Under the pieces are notes generated by a model. That model searched no databases and was not told the origin of the DNA. It saw only the letters and a list, made by a program, of their open reading frames with translations. Source: Mobula hypostoma (Eukaryota). Taken from it: a stretch of DNA of 64,000 nucleotides. The DNA lies in assembly GCF_963921235.1 (NCBI RefSeq), contig NC_086118.1, forward strand, positions 17,300,001 through 17,364,000, given 5' to 3'. The translations under genes were made by a program, and so were the position numbers. Shown in pieces: positions 37,518 through 49,790 of this stretch (position 1 is the stretch's first letter; each line of letters starts with the position of its first letter).

Positions 37518-38140
37518 TTCAAAGTTCAAAGTACGTTTTTATCTCTGTATACATTACACATCCTTGAGATTTGTCTCTTTACGGGTAGCCACTAAACAAA
37601 GGATCCCAAAAGAACTCATAAAAAATAGACTGACAAACACCCAATGTGCAGAGAGGGAAAAAAATACAAATCATGCAAGCAGTAAAAGTAAGCAAATAGC
37701 ATCAGGTTCAGTGCACTGAAGAGTAGATTAAATGTCGTGGAGCAGCGAGCAGAATTGGCCCAGCGTCGCCCCTGGGCCTGACACCCTGCCTTTTCAAATA
37801 ATCTGGCCCTGCGTTTAAAATGTCCAAACATCGGGTTGTTTCTCGCTCTGGACTGGAGTCTTGTCACTTCGATATGCTCTGGACCTGGACCCTGCCACCA
37901 TGTTACGGCCGACACCCGACCTTTCCAAATAGACCCGGTGCTTAGGTCAATTAAACCTTGCTCAGACTAGGTGGATGGCCCTTGAATCTGCCTCTCCTCC
38001 ACTCCGACTTTGTCATGAATATGCCTCGACCTCACCTTGCAACTGCACGCTTTGACCCTTGACCCAGCCTCACCTTCATTCGCCTCTTCATTAATCATTT
38101 ACCATAGTTCTGTTTTACAGAAAAAAGTATTATTATTATT
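37518..38140 (-). mobile_element. Non-autonomous element carrying the Rex-type 3' end and a GC-rich body
   Basis: ttcaaagttcaaagtac...ccttgagatttgtctc tail region followed by a non-coding GC-rich body. Confidence 0.5.
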
Positions 38141-38703
38141 ATTATTGAAGCAGATTCTGATTTAATCCTCATTATACGATCATCCTTACGTTTGTTTGAA
38201 AGGGCATACTATGTATGAATGAGCTGTCATGTTTCTTACATTATAACATTTTGAAAGTAGTGGGTAGATGCTGGTATTGAGATTGGTCTTAAATAACAAA
38301 AGCATGCACTTTCACACAAGAATGAAAATAATGACGAATATTATTCTAAACCACATCACACCACTAGGCCATGAGTTTGTGGTCAACTCCTTCATGATTG
38401 CTTTGTGCCCTGGCAATATGCCAAGAGGCTTGGAATGACTTAAATTACAGTGGCAATACTGCCTCAAAAATGCCTCTGCAGGTCTGAATGCAATGTGTCC
38501 TTGGTGGTGTAAATTTAATTTAAAACAAAAAGTTTGGGGAAAACTTAGAAAATTGTTCCTTTATATTTTACCTTTGCTGGAAGTTCTTTGCTTTATTTCA
38601 GATCTAAAATAGCTTCCTACAGTTGCGTAAAATCAGAATCTCCAAGGAGCTCATAATCTGCATCACAACTATTTTGTGTTAGTGTCTGCTAACAGCTAAC
38701 GAT

Positions 38704-40321
38704 CCTCTGCTACCAACCTTATAGTTCCCACACCCCACACTTCCCGTTTCTACCTCCTACCCAAGATCCACAAACCTGCCTGTCCTGGCAGACCTATTGT
38801 CTCAGCTTGCTCCTGCCCCACCGAACTCGTTTCTGCATACCTCGACACGGTTTTATCACTCCTTGTTCAATCCCTTCCGACCTATGTTCGTGACACTTCT
38901 CACGCTCTTAAACTTTTCGATGATTTTATGTTCCCTGGCCCCCACCGCTTTATTTTCACCATAGATGTCCAGTCCCTATATACTTCCATCCCCATCAGGA
39001 AGGTCTCAAAGCTCTACGCTTCTTTTTGGATTCCAGACCTAATCAGTTCCCCTCTACCACCACTCTGCTCCATCTAGCGGAATTAGTCCTTACTCTTAAT
39101 AATTTCTCCTTTGGCTCCTCCCACTTCCTCCAAACTAAAGGTGTAGCTATAGGCACCCGTATGGGTCCTAGCTATGCCTGCCTTTTTGTTGGGTTTGTGG
39201 AACAATCTATGTTCCGTGCCTATTCTGGTATCTGTCCCCCACTTTTCCTTCGCTACATCGACGACTGCATTGGTGCTGCTTCCTGCACGCATGCAGAACT
39301 CGTTGACTTTATTAACTTTGCCTCCAACTTTCACCCTGCCCTCAAGTTTACCTGGTCCATTTCCGACACCTCCCTCCCCTTCCTAGATCTTTCTGTTTCT
39401 GTCTCTGGAGACAGCTTATCCACTGATGTCTACTATAAGCCTACTGACTCTCACAGCTATCTGGACTATTCCTCTTCTCACCCCGTCTCTTGCAAAAACG
39501 CCATCCCCTTCTCGCAATTCCTCCGTCTCCACCGCATCTGCTCTCAGGATGAGGCTTTTCATTCTAGGACGAGGGAGATGTCTTCCTTTTTCAAAGAAAG
39601 GGGCTTCCCTTCCTCCACTATCAACTCTGCTCTTAAACGCATCTCCCCCATTTCACGTACATCTGCTCTCACTCCAACCTCCCACCACCCCACTAGGAAT
39701 AGGGTTCCCCTGGTCCTCACCTACCACCCCACCATCCTCCGGGTCCAACATATTATTCTCCGTAACTTCCGCCACCTCCAACGGGAGTCCACCACTAAGC
39801 ACATCTTTCCCTCCGCCCCCCCCCCGCATTCCGCAGGGATCGCTCCCTACGCAACTCCCTTGTCCATTCGTCCCCCCCCATCCCTCCCCACTGATCTTCC
39901 TCCTGGCACTTATCCGTGTAAGCGGAACAAGTGCTACACATGCCCTTACACTTCCTCCCTTACCACCATTCAGGGCCCCAAACAGTCCTTCCAGGTGAGG
40001 CAACACTTCACCTGTGAGTCGGCTGGGGCGATATACTGCGTCCGGTGCTCCCGATGTGGCCTTTTATATATTGGCGAGACCCGACGCAGACTGAAAGACT
40101 GCTTTGCTGAACATCTACGCTCTGTCCGCCAGAGAAAGCAGGATCTCCCAGTGGCCACACATTTTAATTCCACAACCCATTCCCATTCTGACATGTCTAT
40201 CCACGGCCTCCTCTACTGTAAAGATGAAGCCACACTCAGGTTGGAGGAACAACACCTTATATTCCGGCTGGGTAGCCTCCAACCTGATGGCATGAACATC
40301 GACTTCTCCAACTTCCGCTAA
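38704..40321 (+). pseudogene. PLE reverse transcriptase-GIY-YIG endonuclease, N-truncated and frameshifted (open segment 39026-40321)
   Basis: Upstream frame FYLLPKIHK..RPIVS..DVQSLYTSIP, frameshift ~38990, then QTKGVAIGT, FLRYIDD, YYKPTDSHSYL, CKRNKCYTC, AIYCVRCSRCGLLYIGETRRRL..F.EH, EQHLIFRLGSLQPDGMN; apparent compensating frameshifts in C-runs at ~39810-39885. Confidence 0.9.
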
Positions 40322-40615
40322 GGCCCCACTTCCCCCTCGTACCCCATCTGTTACTTATTTTTATGTACACATTCTTTCTCTCACTCTCCTTTTTCTCCCT
40401 CTGTCCCTCTGAATATACCTCTTGCCCATCCTCTGGGTCCCCCCCCCCTTGTCTTTCTTCCCGGACCTCCTGTCCCAGGAACCTCTCGTATCCCCTTTTG
40501 CCTATCACCTGTCCAGCTCTTGGCTCTATCCCTCCCCGTCCTGTCTTCTCCTATCATTTTGGATCTTCCCCTTCCCCTCCAACTTTCAAATCCCTTACTC
40601 ACTCTTCCTTCAGTT

Positions 40616-40651
40616 AGTCCTGACGAAGGGTCTCGGCCTGAAACGTCGACT
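40616..40651 (+). ncRNA. Minimal type-I hammerhead ribozyme in the PLE 3' terminal region
   Basis: AGTC(40616-19)-CTGACGA-A-GGG-TCTCGG-CCT-GAAA(40640-43)-C-GTC(40645-47)-GACT; stem I AGTC/GACT; predicted cleavage after 40647. Confidence 0.75.
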
Positions 40652-41699
40652 GCACCTCTTCCTACAGATGCTGCCTGGCCTGCTGCGTTCACCAGCAACT
40701 TTGATGTGCGTTGCTTGAATTTCCAGCATCTGCAGAATTCCTGCTGTTAGCTAACGATTAATACTGAAATGCAAATTTAACTTGATATGAACTTTACATT
40801 TTCCAAATGATAACATTGTTATAAATGACACCAGGTTTGTTATGAAGAGTACCAGTTGTGGTTGAGAATTTAACCTGGCAATTTACCCTCAATCTCTCCT
40901 CCAACAGTTTATAATGCAATGAGAATCCAGCTTCAATTTATGATTAGCACTCACTGCCTTTTTTATATTAATTACACAGCAGTTGGAAGAATCTCTTGTA
41001 GTTTTGAAGTGCTGGCAGAGAACTACTACCTTACCCTGAGATAATTAAGGTTATTTTTATCAAAGAACAATTCAAAGGAAAGACAACCTAGCAATGTGAA
41101 TACAGCCTCAGGCAGAAGTCTCTCTGGTGCCAGGTTTCAACCCACAAACAGCACACCTGGAACTATATCTGAAGCCCACCGTTTTAAAATCAGTCAAACT
41201 TTTGTGGAATTAACTCATTCTGTCTGAATCTCACAATTTTCTATTTGGCTCTACGATTCCTCCAAGTAAGCAGTACATATTTTATTGCTTCCGGTTGTGA
41301 AGGTGATGAGCTGGACACGACTGGAAAGAACACCAAGCAGATATCGTCTTCAGCTATGGTTAAGTACAATGCCCCCAAACCAATGCTTTGAAACCAGACC
41401 TCTGTAGTGGTATTTATTGATATATTTTTCTTCTCTTATACACAAAGTGTGCTTGGAGGATTCGGAGTTCAATGTGCTTAACCTTCCAAAGCTATAACTG
41501 ATGGATATGGATTGTACCTTACTAATCCTCTTTTATGTCTTTTATATTAGGTTGAGATAAAAATGCCAGAATATTACATCCTATTCTTCCCATAGGTCAC
41601 AATGTACCTTATCTCCTCCATTTAGGCAGAAATTATGAGGACTAGAAGAGGCCCCCCACCTCCTCACTGTTCCAGCAAGCTGGAAAAGTGGCAGAACTT

Positions 41700-42392
41700 T
41701 GTAGATCTTGTACAATGAGTGGCAGGATGCTGACAAGAGTTGTGAAACAAAAGCTCAAGAGTACAAGAGCACAACTCACTAGAAGTGGCCACACAGGGAG
41801 ACGGGGTGATGAAGAAAGTATTTAGCTTGCTGGCCTTCATCAGTCAGAGCACTGAGTTTAGGGATAGGGAAATTTAGATCGCAGTTTTACAAGTCATTGT
41901 TGAGCTTGCACTTGGAATATTGTGTACAATTTTTGTCATCTTGTTATTGGGAAAACATCTTGTTACAGGGCATGAAAGAGATTAATGAGGATACTGCCTG
42001 AACTGGAGTTATAGGGAGAGGTTGGCCACATTAGATCTATATTCCTGAGACTGTAGGAGAATGAGATGTGACCTCAATGAAATTTATAAAATCATGAGGG
42101 GCATGGATAAGGTGGACAGTCATAATTTTTTCCATGGGTTTGAGGAGTCCAAAACTAGAGGGCACAGATACAAGAGGGAAGACATTTAAAAGAGACCTCA
42201 AGAGGAACTCTTTTTCACAGATATGGTGAGTACCTGCATTGAACCATCAGAGAAAGTGGTCAAATTGGGTACAATTGTAAAATTAAAGGGGCATTTGGAT
42301 AGGTACATGGAGGATTATGGGCAAGAGGTGGTGGTTAGCTTAGACCAGTAGGACTGTAGGCCTGTTTTTGTTCTGTGTTATTCGATGACTCT
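41700..42392 (+). mobile_element. CR1 LINE 3' fragment (diverged)
   Basis: tacaagtcattgttgagcttgcacttggaatattgtgtacaa (YKSL...HLEYCVQ), aaaactagagggcacag, CR1-like terminus. Confidence 0.75.
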
Positions 42393-43384
42393 ATAACCAA
42401 GATGGTTCTGGTAAACCACGGCAACGTTCTGAGGGATTTGAACTTTGAACCTCAGAGAGCTCCTTCTCTTCACTAAAACGAACAAGGTGAAAACCTTGGT
42501 CTGTGAGGCAGGAGCTTGGATGACTTCCCTGAATGGTAGAATGAGAAACATGGCGACCATCTGTCCGAATGACCCTGTGACCAGGAACTTTACATCTTTC
42601 AAATGATATCTACATTTTCAATGACTCCAAGCGCATTCTAAAGAGTACACAATGTGGTAGAGAGTTTAATGCTGCAATTTGCTCCCCAGATTCAGAGGAG
42701 ATTTTCTTTCTTCTCTAACAGCTTATGACACAATGAGGGTACATCATCAAATGATGATTAGTACTTGCCAGTCCCTCCTGGAGAGAGTTGTCCAGGCATG
42801 ACCGAGACCAGAGGAGCTGCATAGCCAGTGTTAGTGCAAGGACCAGGCCTTCTAGGACCTCATACCACAGCGATGCCTGTTACAGCCACCCGGGGGTGGG
42901 GGGTGTAGGTGCGGGAAGCAGTGTGAGAAAAAATAGTAGCGTAGCAAACCAGACAAATGGGTGCAATTGCTTGTCACACGTTCTTCCTAAATTGCAAGAC
43001 CCAGTTGGACATTAATAATACAAAATGCTCTGGGTCTGGTTCATGCACCAGACCGACAACAGAGGTTATCGCTGGAAGCCATGTGAAAGAGAGTGGTGAA
43101 ATCTGTGCTAAATTAAAAGGCTAGCTCCTGCAGGTCATTTCTCCCATCAATACTGCTCTCCCTGGAAAGCAAACTGGATTACCATCAGCTGGATTACTTT
43201 CATCTGCAACTGACCCAGTACGAAATGAGGAACTTGGTTGCACATCACCCCGTATTTCTGTGTGAAATTACAGACCAGAATATGCAAAGGCAGAAACATG
43301 GCTCCAAGTCAAGTTCCCATGCACCGTCAATCTTAAGGCCATACTGCTCAAGGGCTTGTCCAAATATTATTTTGTGCCTGTATT

Positions 43385-44110
43385 GTGCTGAATATTGCCA
43401 CAATAGTTGACAAAACAACACAGAACACAACAAGCAACAAAACAATAACAGCAAAACAAGCCCTGTACCTCCTTCCCACCCATGCACATATACAGTCCTT
43501 AACCCCCAAGACAGGCTTCCAGCTGCTCACCTCCAATGGACCCAGGCCTGCATACTTTGGGCTCCAACCTCCCCGACGGACCCACAGAGATTTGCAGACT
43601 TGGCTCCGGCCAACGGGCCTCAACCTCTGGAATTTTGTTTTGAACCTTGAGCCCCAATCTTTGGTAACGATCCAAGGACTCTCCAACCATTGAATATTAC
43701 GCCTCGTACTCTGGATTCACCAAAGGTAAGACCCCAAATACTAGGGCTTGAACTCTGAGCTCACTGATTCGCAAACCCAGGGAGTCCTCACAACCCATCC
43801 TCATGCCTGCATGGAAATCCAACTTTGGAATCCGCTGGGCAGGCCCTCATCCTCTCTCTGTCAGCCCGATATCCAACATCGGACCATGGACTTATTGAGC
43901 CCATGACATCAGCCTTTGAATGCAGAGCACACACTTAGACTCCGGCCTGACCTCTAATTCCCCCATATTCCTGACCCTAAACTCTAGCCTAACACCTAAG
44001 ACACCCTTTCGGTCTCCAAAAACATTTTTATATAAACAAACTAAAAACAATTTGAAAACAATGGTATCTGAACTGCGACTCAATAGTGTTCGCAGCTTGG
44101 CACCATCTTT
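43385..44110 (-). mobile_element. Non-autonomous LINE-derived element with an AAGATGG-type head
   Basis: Minus strand begins aagatggtgcc (44099-44109) and ends in a T/G-rich 3'UTR-like tract; no coding similarity. Confidence 0.4.
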
Positions 44111-44199
44111 GACTCAGTACCATACTGAATAGTGAGGCAGGCTGAAGTGCCTGGTAACCTATGCCTGGTCTTGTTCTCTTGAATTCTTGTATTCGTCTC

Positions 44200-44830
44200 T
44201 ATTTACAGAAGGTTGTTAATGTTTTGACAGCAGATAAGGGATACTAATGCCCAAGATGGGCAGGTTGTTTGGTGAGAAAGGAATTAAGAAGAATGGCTTA
44301 GATTTGCTGGAGTTCAGAAGAGTGAGAAATGGTTTAATAGCAACATTTAAGATCCTTAGGGGGATGTTTTCTCTTACAAGAGAACTAAAGCTATGCATTA
44401 GGGTTTAAAAATAAGGGATTTTACATTTAAGGCAAAGAACAGGCCTTGAATTTCTTGAATATTTTTAAGGCTGAGGTAATTAAGTTCACTGGGTGGCATG
44501 GTGGAGATACTTTCTACGAAAGGTGGTGTAAGGCACTCCTTCCCTCGACTAACCTGCAGGACACCCTTGGGAAAGATGTAGGCTGGGGTCACCCCTCTTA
44601 TAAAGACACTGCCCAGAAGAAGGCAATGGCAAACCACATCTGCAAGAACAATTACGGTCACGGAAAGGCCATGATTGCCCATGTCACGCGACATGGCACG
44701 TAACAAATGATGTAGTTTCTTGTTAAGAATCTTAGGTGGATGGGAATGTGCTTACAATCAAATGAAATCTTATTAAATGGCAAGGGGTAATTGAAGGACC
44801 AAATAGGCCACTGTTGCTCTGATTTCGTAT
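44200..44830 (+). mobile_element. Old CR1 3' fragment interrupted by a SINE-like insertion at 44488-44712
   Basis: ctggagttcagaagagtgaga..., atatttttaaggctgaggta | tttcttgttaag..., aaataggccactgttgctctgatttc. Confidence 0.55.
44488..44712 (+). mobile_element. Short RTE/Ingi-related non-autonomous SINE-like element
   Basis: gaagaaggcaatggcaaaccac resembles an RTE/BovB-type motif; ends catggcacgtaacaaatgatg; structured GC-rich head. Confidence 0.5.
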
Positions 44831-45087
44831 TACGTTAGTATGTGGTGCCACTGGTGTATGGAAATGAAAATGACAGTGCAACATCTGATTTCTATTCTGA
44901 TTTTTGATTCATTTGACCACTGTCATAAGTGTCCTTATGGAGCTAGTTGTGTGTCATTCTCCTGAGGTGTCCATGGTAAACTTCTCTCAGTGTTTTGAAC
45001 AGCAACTTCCAGAAGTCATACCTCTTGACCATGAAGAAACACATCTGTGGCTGCACCAGAAGCCAAACCAGACTAAAAATTCTCCCA

Positions 45088-46359
45088 AACAAGAGAAACT
45101 CTGCAGATGCTGGAAATCCAAACAACACACACACAATGCTGGAGTAACTCAGCAGGCCGGGCAGAATCTATCGAAAAGAGTACAGTTGATGTTTTGGGCT
45201 GAGACCTTTCATCAGGACTAGAGAAAAAATGATGAGGAGTCAGAGTAAGAGGTTGGGGGAGAGGAGGAAGAAACATAAGGTGACAGGTGAAAAAGAGGAT
45301 GGGGGAAGGGTGAAGTAAAGTGCTGGGAAGTTGATTGGTGAAAGAGATACAGAGCTGGAGAATGGTGAATCTGATAGGAGAGGACAGATAGCTATAGAAG
45401 AAAGAAAAGGGAGAGCAGGACCAGAGGGAGGTGATGGGCATTTTTAGTCTGATAAGGAAATAAGGTGAGAGAGGGAATGGGAATGGGGAATAGTGATGGG
45501 GGCAGTGGGGTGGGTGGGTTGTCATTACTGGAAGTTTGAGCAGTCGATATTCATGCCATCAGGTTGGAGCCTACCCAGATGGAATATAAGGTGTTGCTCA
45601 TCCAACCTGAGTGTGGCCTCATCACAACAGTAGCGGAGGCCATGTACTGACATGTCGGAATGGGAATGGGAAGTGGAATTAAAATGGATGGCCACTAGGA
45701 GATCCTGCACCTTCTGGTGGACGGAGTGTAGGTGGTCGGAGTGAAGCGGTCTTCCAACCTGCATTGAGTCTCACCGATATACAGCAGGCCACACCGGGAG
45801 CACTGGATATGATAGACAACCCCAACAGATTTACGGGTGAAGGTCGCCTCACCTGGAAGGACTGTCTGGGGTGCTGAATGGTAGTGAGGGGGGAGCTGGA
45901 GGAGCTGGAGGGGCAGGTGTAGCACTTGTCCTACTTACAAGGATAAATGCCAGGAGGAGATCAGTAGGGGGAAATGACTGGACAAGGGAGTCACATAGGG
46001 AGCAATCCCTGTGGAAAGCAGAAATTTGGGGGAGGGGAGGGAAAGATGGGTTTGTTGGTGTGATCCTGTTGGAGACGGCGAAAGTTATGGAGGATTATGT
46101 GCTGGATGCGGAGACTTGTGGGGTGGTAGGTGAGGACAAGATGACCCCCTATCCCTGGTAGGATGACAGGAGGATGGGTGAGGGCAGACATGTGCGAAAT
46201 GGAAGAGATGAGGTTGATTGCAGCATTAATGGTGGAGGAAGGGAAACCCCTTACTTTGAAGAAGGAGGACATCTCCTTAGTTCTGGAATGGAGATGGAGA
46301 ATTGAGGGAAGGTGATGACATTTTTGACGGAGGAGTTGAGAGAAGGGGATGACAAAGAA
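45088..46359 (-). mobile_element. Penelope-like element, 5'-truncated (RT C-terminus, GIY-YIG and 3' end)
   Basis: ORFs 45991-46272, 45695-45925 (VVYHIQCSRCGLLYIGETQCRL) and 45525-45764 are collinear with the 39026 ORF; degenerate hammerhead at ~45183-45219. Confidence 0.9.
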
Positions 46360-47078
46360 TCTCCCACTTGAATGGTGTTAGGCATGTGATTTAATAGTTA
46401 GTCATCTCTGAGGTGAAATAAGTCTGACTTATTACTGGACCTTTGGGAACATATATAAGCCTTCCTTCTGTAAAAGAACAGTCTCAAAAGATTTGATGTA
46501 CATTTAGTGGACTAAATTACACGGTAAAGTTTGTAATAATGACTCATAGAGAGGTACTTCATTAGAATGCAGAGGAGCTAGTAGCAGTAGAGTAAAAGGT
46601 AATATTTAACAATTCTCTTGCACATCAATCAACCCAACGATTCCTTCATATAAATACTCTGCTGTTCACATGTCCGTCCCAAATGGTTAAATCTTCAGAG
46701 CAAATGTGTTACTACATCTTAATTTCACTGTCAAATCAGTAAAGCAGCACACTGTGTGTTTGGACACTGTAAAGACAATGTACAAGTCCAGAATATCCTA
46801 GAGATTTGAACAACTTGAAAAATCTGCCCACATCAATAAAGCACAACCTATATTATTCAGAATAAACCACCCCCATTAAAAAAATGAAATGAAATATTTT
46901 AGATTTTAGCAGATTAGAAAACTGGCAATTGTACGAGAATATTCCTTTCTCAGCTGTGAATAGTTTGGGTTTTGTGTGGGTTTTCCCCCCACCTAGAATT
47001 GATTCTTGTAATATTTAAAGCTTTTGCCTCTTGATATTTTGGAGGTGATACTCAAAACTGGTGATCTTTATACAGCAG

Positions 47079-47295
47079 TTCAAAGTTCAAAGTTCAATGT
47101 AAATTTATAGTCAAGGTATATATATATCACCATATACAACCCTGAGATTAGTTTTCTTGCGGGCATACTCATTAAATCCAAGAGCAATAATAGACACAAT
47201 GAAATAGCGCACCCAACAGGGCAGACAAGCAACCAGTGTACAATGGATAACAAAGTGTGCAAATTCAAAAATAATAATAATTATTATTATGATTA
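47079..47295 (-). mobile_element. Rex-type LINE 3'UTR fragment
   Basis: ttcaaagttcaaagttcaatgtaaattta...catatacaaccctgagattagttttcttgcgggcatactc. Confidence 0.7.
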
Positions 47296-47312
47296 TTATC
47301 CTTAAGGCTGTT

Positions 47313-48555
47313 GTAGCTGGGGGTGGTAATAGGGACAAGCTCTCACTAGCCATTAATTGCTGACAATCAAGTCCTACTCCTAACCTTCATGCATGGCTTA
47401 GCTACTGAGTCTGGCAGAACCATTTCTACTGCCGGGAGAATGGCCAAAGGAAGGTTACTGCGGCCTTAAAATCCGTCGCTTTAGGCAGATGCGGCTGGTC
47501 AGACATGGTTGGCAGCTCATCTGAGAAGGAAAACTTTGATCTTGAACCTCTGCTGCCTTGCGGCTATACTCAGTCATGGGAAGGCTTTGGGAGTAATCCC
47601 TGAGGGAAAAATCTGGATCGGGAGTCTCGGCCGGAGGAGAAGATAGCGGCGCAACGCAGCTCGCAGCGGCCACTCTGGTGGTGATGTCTGTTATTTGTCA
47701 AGTAGGGTGCCGTGCACAATCCTGATTTGATGGAGACAGACGTGAGAGCACGGAGGAATATCTGGTGAAACTTCTGAAATGCCTGCTTTGCTGCTGCTGC
47801 TACTGTGTGGTACAGGATCTCCGGAGGGGAAGGCCCCGAGTCCTCGGCTTTGCTTGTTGCTCGGCAGCCGGAGTGGGGTCGAAGCACTTGGCAGAGGATG
47901 GTGAACAGAGAGGCTGTGTTGGAGGGCTGGTTGGAAGCTCGAAGTTTTTGGACGGACTCAGAGTCGGCTGCGGTCGGGTGCTTCCAATGGTGCTGCATCG
48001 GCAAGTTTGCGGTGCTTGGAGGTTCATGACAGGGAGAGTTTCTCCCTTCTGCTGCCTGTGTGAGATGATGGGGCTATCGGGACGTTGAGACTTTTTTTTA
48101 CTGTGCCCCTGGTCTGTTCTTTATCAAATTATGGTATTGCTTTGCACTGTTATAATTATTTGTTATAATTATGTGGTTTTGTTAGTTTTAGTTTTGGTTT
48201 GTCCTGTGTTTCCTTGTGATATCATTCTGGAGAAACATTGTATCATTTTTTAATGCATGCATTTCTAAATGACAATAAACGAGGACTAAGTGTCCTCATA
48301 ATCATAATCATAATCATAATCTAATCTAATCTATGGCCGTCCTACATTGAGTTCAATGCTGGCTGGCAACTCCTGTGACACTGTTGGTACTAAACTGTAT
48401 TGGTCCCTGCCATTCTTTTGGGGTCATCAGATGTGTGGAGAGGGGGAGCCTGCTACACAGGCAACAGCTTGCTCTCCATATCACGCTGCCCTGGCTTGCG
48501 TATCTAGACAGCTGGGATGCAATACCTATGGTCAGATCTGATTGACAGAGGCCTC
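47313..48555 (+). mobile_element. Second copy of the RTE-derived bipartite element, split by an insertion (parts 47313-47632 and 48334-48555)
   Basis: Both halves are collinear with the reverse complement of 12736-13303. Confidence 0.7.
47633..48333 (+). mobile_element. ~700-bp non-autonomous LINE-derived element (second copy)
   Basis: GGAGGAGAAGATAGCGGCG head; AATAAA 48274-48279; GAGGAC-TAAGT-GTCCTC hairpin 48281-48297; (ATAATC)n/(TAATC)n tail. Confidence 0.8.
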
Positions 48556-48904
48556 AGATGAGCTCACTACTTACATAATAGGCACGATCAAGAGGCAAAC
48601 ATCTTTAACCAAAATCTTGCTTTAAAATACAAACTCATTAAAGAAACCATACCTTACTATAAATACAAGCCTGATCCAGTTTTAGAGTCCCACAAATTAA
48701 ATTACAGCTGATCCATTATTACAGATAGGACAATCCAAATGAACCATCTGCATATAATAATACAGAATAAACAGGCAAGAACAAATTAACTAATAGATAT
48801 AGCCTTTCCAAGTACACATAACATACAGAAATTAGTAAGTGAGAAACACAAGAAATATGCTGAATTAAAAAAGGAAACTGAAAGCCAATGGAATATGGAC
48901 AGGG

Positions 48905-49790
48905 TAACACACACAAAATGCTAGAGGAACTCAGTAGGCCAGGTAGCATTGATGGAAAGAAGTATGTTTTGGGCCAAAACCCTTCAGCAGGACTGGAGAA
49001 AAAAAGCTGAGGAGTGGATTTAAAAGGTGGGGGGAGTAGAGAGAGAACCATCAGGTGATGGGTGATACCTGGGCGGGGGAATAAAGCAAAGAGCAGGGAA
49101 GTTGATTGGTGAGATGGTGTGAGAGGGAAAAGAGGATGTGAAATGGAGAAGGGGGGCGGGGTTTAGGGGGCATTACCAGAAGTTTGAAAAATCGATGTTC
49201 ATGCCATCAGTTGGAGGCTGCCCAAGTGGAATATAAGGTGTTGTTCCTCCAATCTAAGTGTGGCCTCATCACGACAGCGGAGGAGGCCACGGATGGACAT
49301 ATCAGAATGGGAATGAGAAGTGGAATTAAAATCGTGGCCGCTGGGAGATCCCACTTGTTCTGGCGGATGGAGCATAGATGCTCAGTGAAACAGTCTCCCA
49401 ATCTACATTGGACCTCACCGATGTACAGGAGACCACACCAGGGGTACCAAACACAGTAAGTGACCCCAACAGACTCACAGGTGAAGTGTCGCCACACCTG
49501 GAAGGACTGTTTGGGGCCCTGAATGGTAGTGAGGGAGGAGGTGCAGGGGCAGGTCTAGAACTTGCTCTGCTTGTAAGGATAAATGCCAGCAGGGGGATCA
49601 GTGGGGAGGGACGAATAGGCAAGGGAGTTGCGTAGAGAGAAAACCCCATGGAAAGCAGGAAGCGAGGGGAAGGGAAAGATGTGCTTAGTGGTGGGATCCT
49701 GTCGGAGGTGGCAAAAGTTCTGGAAAATTATGTGCTGGACGCAGGGTGGCAGGAGGATGGGATAGGAGTAGATGTGCGTGAAATGGAAGT
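48905..49790 (-). mobile_element. Penelope-like element, 5'-truncated (GIY-YIG and 3' end)
   Basis: ORF 49207-49497 HFTCESVGVTYCVWYPWCGLLYIGEVQCRLGDCFTEHL; terminus acacacaaaatgctagaggaactcag. Confidence 0.88.

Larger units (their letters stand above)
38704..40748 (+). mobile_element. Penelope-like retroelement (Neptune-like), young, 5'-truncated, with 10-bp TSD
   Basis: RT plus GIY-YIG coding region, pyrimidine-rich 3' region, hammerhead; direct repeat AGCTAACGAT at 38694-38703 and 40749-40758. Confidence 0.93.

Noticed and set aside
39026..40321. 431-aa ORF as an intact host gene or a domesticated or telomerase-like RT
   Set aside because: It begins mid-RT after a frameshift, lacks the N-terminus, is bounded by a TSD and has decayed paralogues in the same window, so it is an ordinary truncated PLE copy
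39083..40750. Overlapping alternative-frame and antisense ORFs across the PLE
   Set aside because: By-products of C-rich, stop-poor composition; no recognisable motifs
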